Below are positions 62,057 through 64,000 of a stretch of DNA of 64,000 bases, one piece after another; the stretch's first letter is position 1; each line of letters starts with the position of its first letter. Location: contig CALSCP010001486.1 in assembly GCA_943704425.1 (NCBI GenBank), positions 6,957 to 70,956 on the forward strand, read 5' to 3'. The notes under the pieces are model-generated. The model did not search any database, was not told the origin of the DNA, and was given only the letters and a program-made list of their open reading frames with translations. The position numbers and the translations under genes were made by a program. The DNA comes from Ministeria vibrans ATCC 50519 (taxonomy: Eukaryota > Protista > Filasterea).

Positions 62057-64000
62057 ATGCAGATATCGCATATTGCAGTGGTATCGTTTCTAATTGCATT
62101 TGCAATTCCTGCTTCGTCAGGAACTCTCCTGGGAACAACTGCCGCCCTGGCAGCCAACCACGGCTCTGCTACGGAGCTCTTGGTTGTGCTGGCGGACCCT
62201 GTTAGCGGCCGTGTTTTCGTTTCGAACGACTTTCGCGACAATGAGGTCACCTTGTCGCCACTCCCTTCGGCCCTTGGCTCTGCCTATGGGCACGCCGTTG
62301 CTGCTGCCTATGACACCAGCGACGTCCCCTACGTGTTCGTGGCGGCGCCGTTGCATGCGACTGAGGGAAAGTCGTCAGCGGGACAGCTGAAAATGTTTTC
62401 CGCAGACGCCAGCGACTCCTGGAAAGAGATTGGAGCACTGCAGTCGCCCGTTGTCGAAGAGAATGCCCTCTTTGGCTTTTCGGTGGCCACCGCGCAAGAC
62501 GCGTCGCTGGTCGCGGTTGGCGCGCCTGGCATGCAGGCCAACGCGGGGGGAGTGGTTGTTTTTCGCGCGCTCGCGCCAGCGCAAACAAGCGATTTGGCCG
62601 CCTACAAAGTGTCAGCGGTGCTCACAACGGCCACTGTCCGCGCCGCACTAGACGGCGAGTCGTCTTCTCGCCGCGTTTTCTCCATGTTGGGCTCCTCCCT
62701 GGCCGTCGATGGCACTTCCGTCTTTGCGGCACTTCATGAGCGCTCCGACTTCAACGGCGACCTCGCTCACCTGGCACAGTTTGTCTTTGACAGTGCGGGC
62801 GCAAACCTCGTGTCAACCACTGTGGCGACAGTGCCAGCTGAATGGTCCCGTATGATCCAGTCTATTAGCGCAAGTGCTTCATTTGTCGCCCTGGGCGTGC
62901 ACTACAACGGCAACCTGCGAGACACCGTTGCCGTCGTGTTCCACCGACCCACTGCGACCACGCTGGCCACCACTACGCCGCAGCGACTTGCTGCGCCCAC
63001 TGGACAGCGCACTAGTGTGTGGCGTGCCAGCACTTTGAGCGGCGGTGGCGGTGGCGGTGACGGCGCTCTCGAGCCTGCATTTAGCATGGACATTGCCGCA
63101 CTGCAGAATACTCAGCGTGTTGTGTCTGTGAGCGGTACGACCGTCACAGTGGCGCTCAGGGCCAAGTCGACAGTCAACACAACATCTCGCGGCATTGCGA
63201 GTACTTCCGCCGGCGACAATCTCCCGGCAGTGTTGGAGTACACGTGTGGCGTGTCGAGCGGTGCGTGTGCACTGTCGCGTGAGCTGGTCATTGCGAATGC
63301 ATCCAGCCGCGTCGTCGACGTCGCTCAGCATGCGCTTGTGACTCACTTTGGAGTCGCTCCGGTGACAGTGTATGTGCGTGCGGGCGACCCCACGCCCGCG
63401 CTGTATGTTGAGGCCTCACCGCAAAATGGCGGCTGGTGTGCCTACACCCTTGACGCGTGTGCAGTGCCTCCACTAAACAGTGGAGCGCGCACCCAGTCTC
63501 GCGTCTGTGCATGCCCTCCACCTCTCTTTGGCGGTGCAGACTGCACTGGCACCGCATCCTCAGCCGCTTCCGCCAGCGAGCCTCTCTGCAAGGAATATGC
63601 ATGGAATGTGGGCGCCTGGGGCGCCTGCGTCACCACTGACATCTGTCTCGGGACAAAGGAGCGCACAGTCGAGTGTCGCGACGTCTCAGACAACTCTGTC
63701 GTTGCCATCACACTGTGCAACCCAGCAACCCGTCCCGACAGCTCGCAGGCGTGCGAGCTCTTTACCTACACGTGGCAGGTCGATGATTACAGCCCGTCGT
63801 GCGTGCAAGGCACTCCTGGAAGTGCTGTCGTGTACGATTCTGTGGTGTGTGTGTGTGTGTGTGTACTTGTCTCATGTATATCTTTGTAGAACATGTGGCA
63901 CTGGAAATAACTGGCGCAACGTCTATTGTTCAAGGTACATCGCCGAAAAGAAAAGAAGAATGAGGACTGTTGATCGGATAATTAATGCTCATTGTTAATT
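62057..64000 (+). CDS. Secreted protein with FG-GAP (integrin-alpha-like) repeats and thrombospondin type-1 repeats; 3' end beyond the window
   Basis: Signal MQISHIAVVSFLIAFAIPASSG. FG-GAP-like SAYGHAVA..VFVAAP, LFGFSVA..VAVGAPG and MLGSSLAVDG. TSP1-like NGGW..RTQSRVCACPPPLFGGADC and WNVGAWGAC..C.GTKERTVEC. Confidence 0.75.

Overview
This is eukaryotic, gene-dense DNA with short GT-AG introns that are often filled with (CA)n, (CT)n or (GA)n microsatellites. About 24 protein-coding genes are recognisable, and there are five assembly gaps. The gene content (IP3 receptor, tyrosine-kinase-fold protein, GPS-containing adhesion GPCR, TRAF7-like WD40, Chibby, EFCAB10) suggests a flagellated unicellular holozoan such as a choanoflagellate or filasterean; this assignment is an inference. 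Gene order: PSMD2 3' end, GNS-like sulfatase, TRAF7-like WD40, ELOC, RMP24/C18orf21-like, an orphan 3' fragment, WDFY (apparently truncated), KCTD3/SHKBP1, EFCAB10, ITPR, alanine racemase, MRPS6, DDX28, SNRPD3, CBY1, PPP2C, TXNL1, PRPF18, MRPL20, a TK pseudokinase, ARMC6, a RAP-domain protein, an ankyrin protein, an adhesion GPCR and an FG-GAP/TSP1 secreted protein. The most unusual items are: an adhesion GPCR with a bacterial-type SBBP-like propeller and a split EGF domain, next to an integrin-alpha-like FG-GAP + TSP1 protein; an intron-containing bacterial-type alanine racemase; a tyrosine pseudokinase with all catalytic motifs altered; a structured element in an ELOC intron; a 9-nt microexon next to the sulfatase active site; and a probable chimeric join in WDFY. 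I found no CRISPR array, rRNA or tRNA. All family calls come from motifs I recognised by eye, not from database searches.
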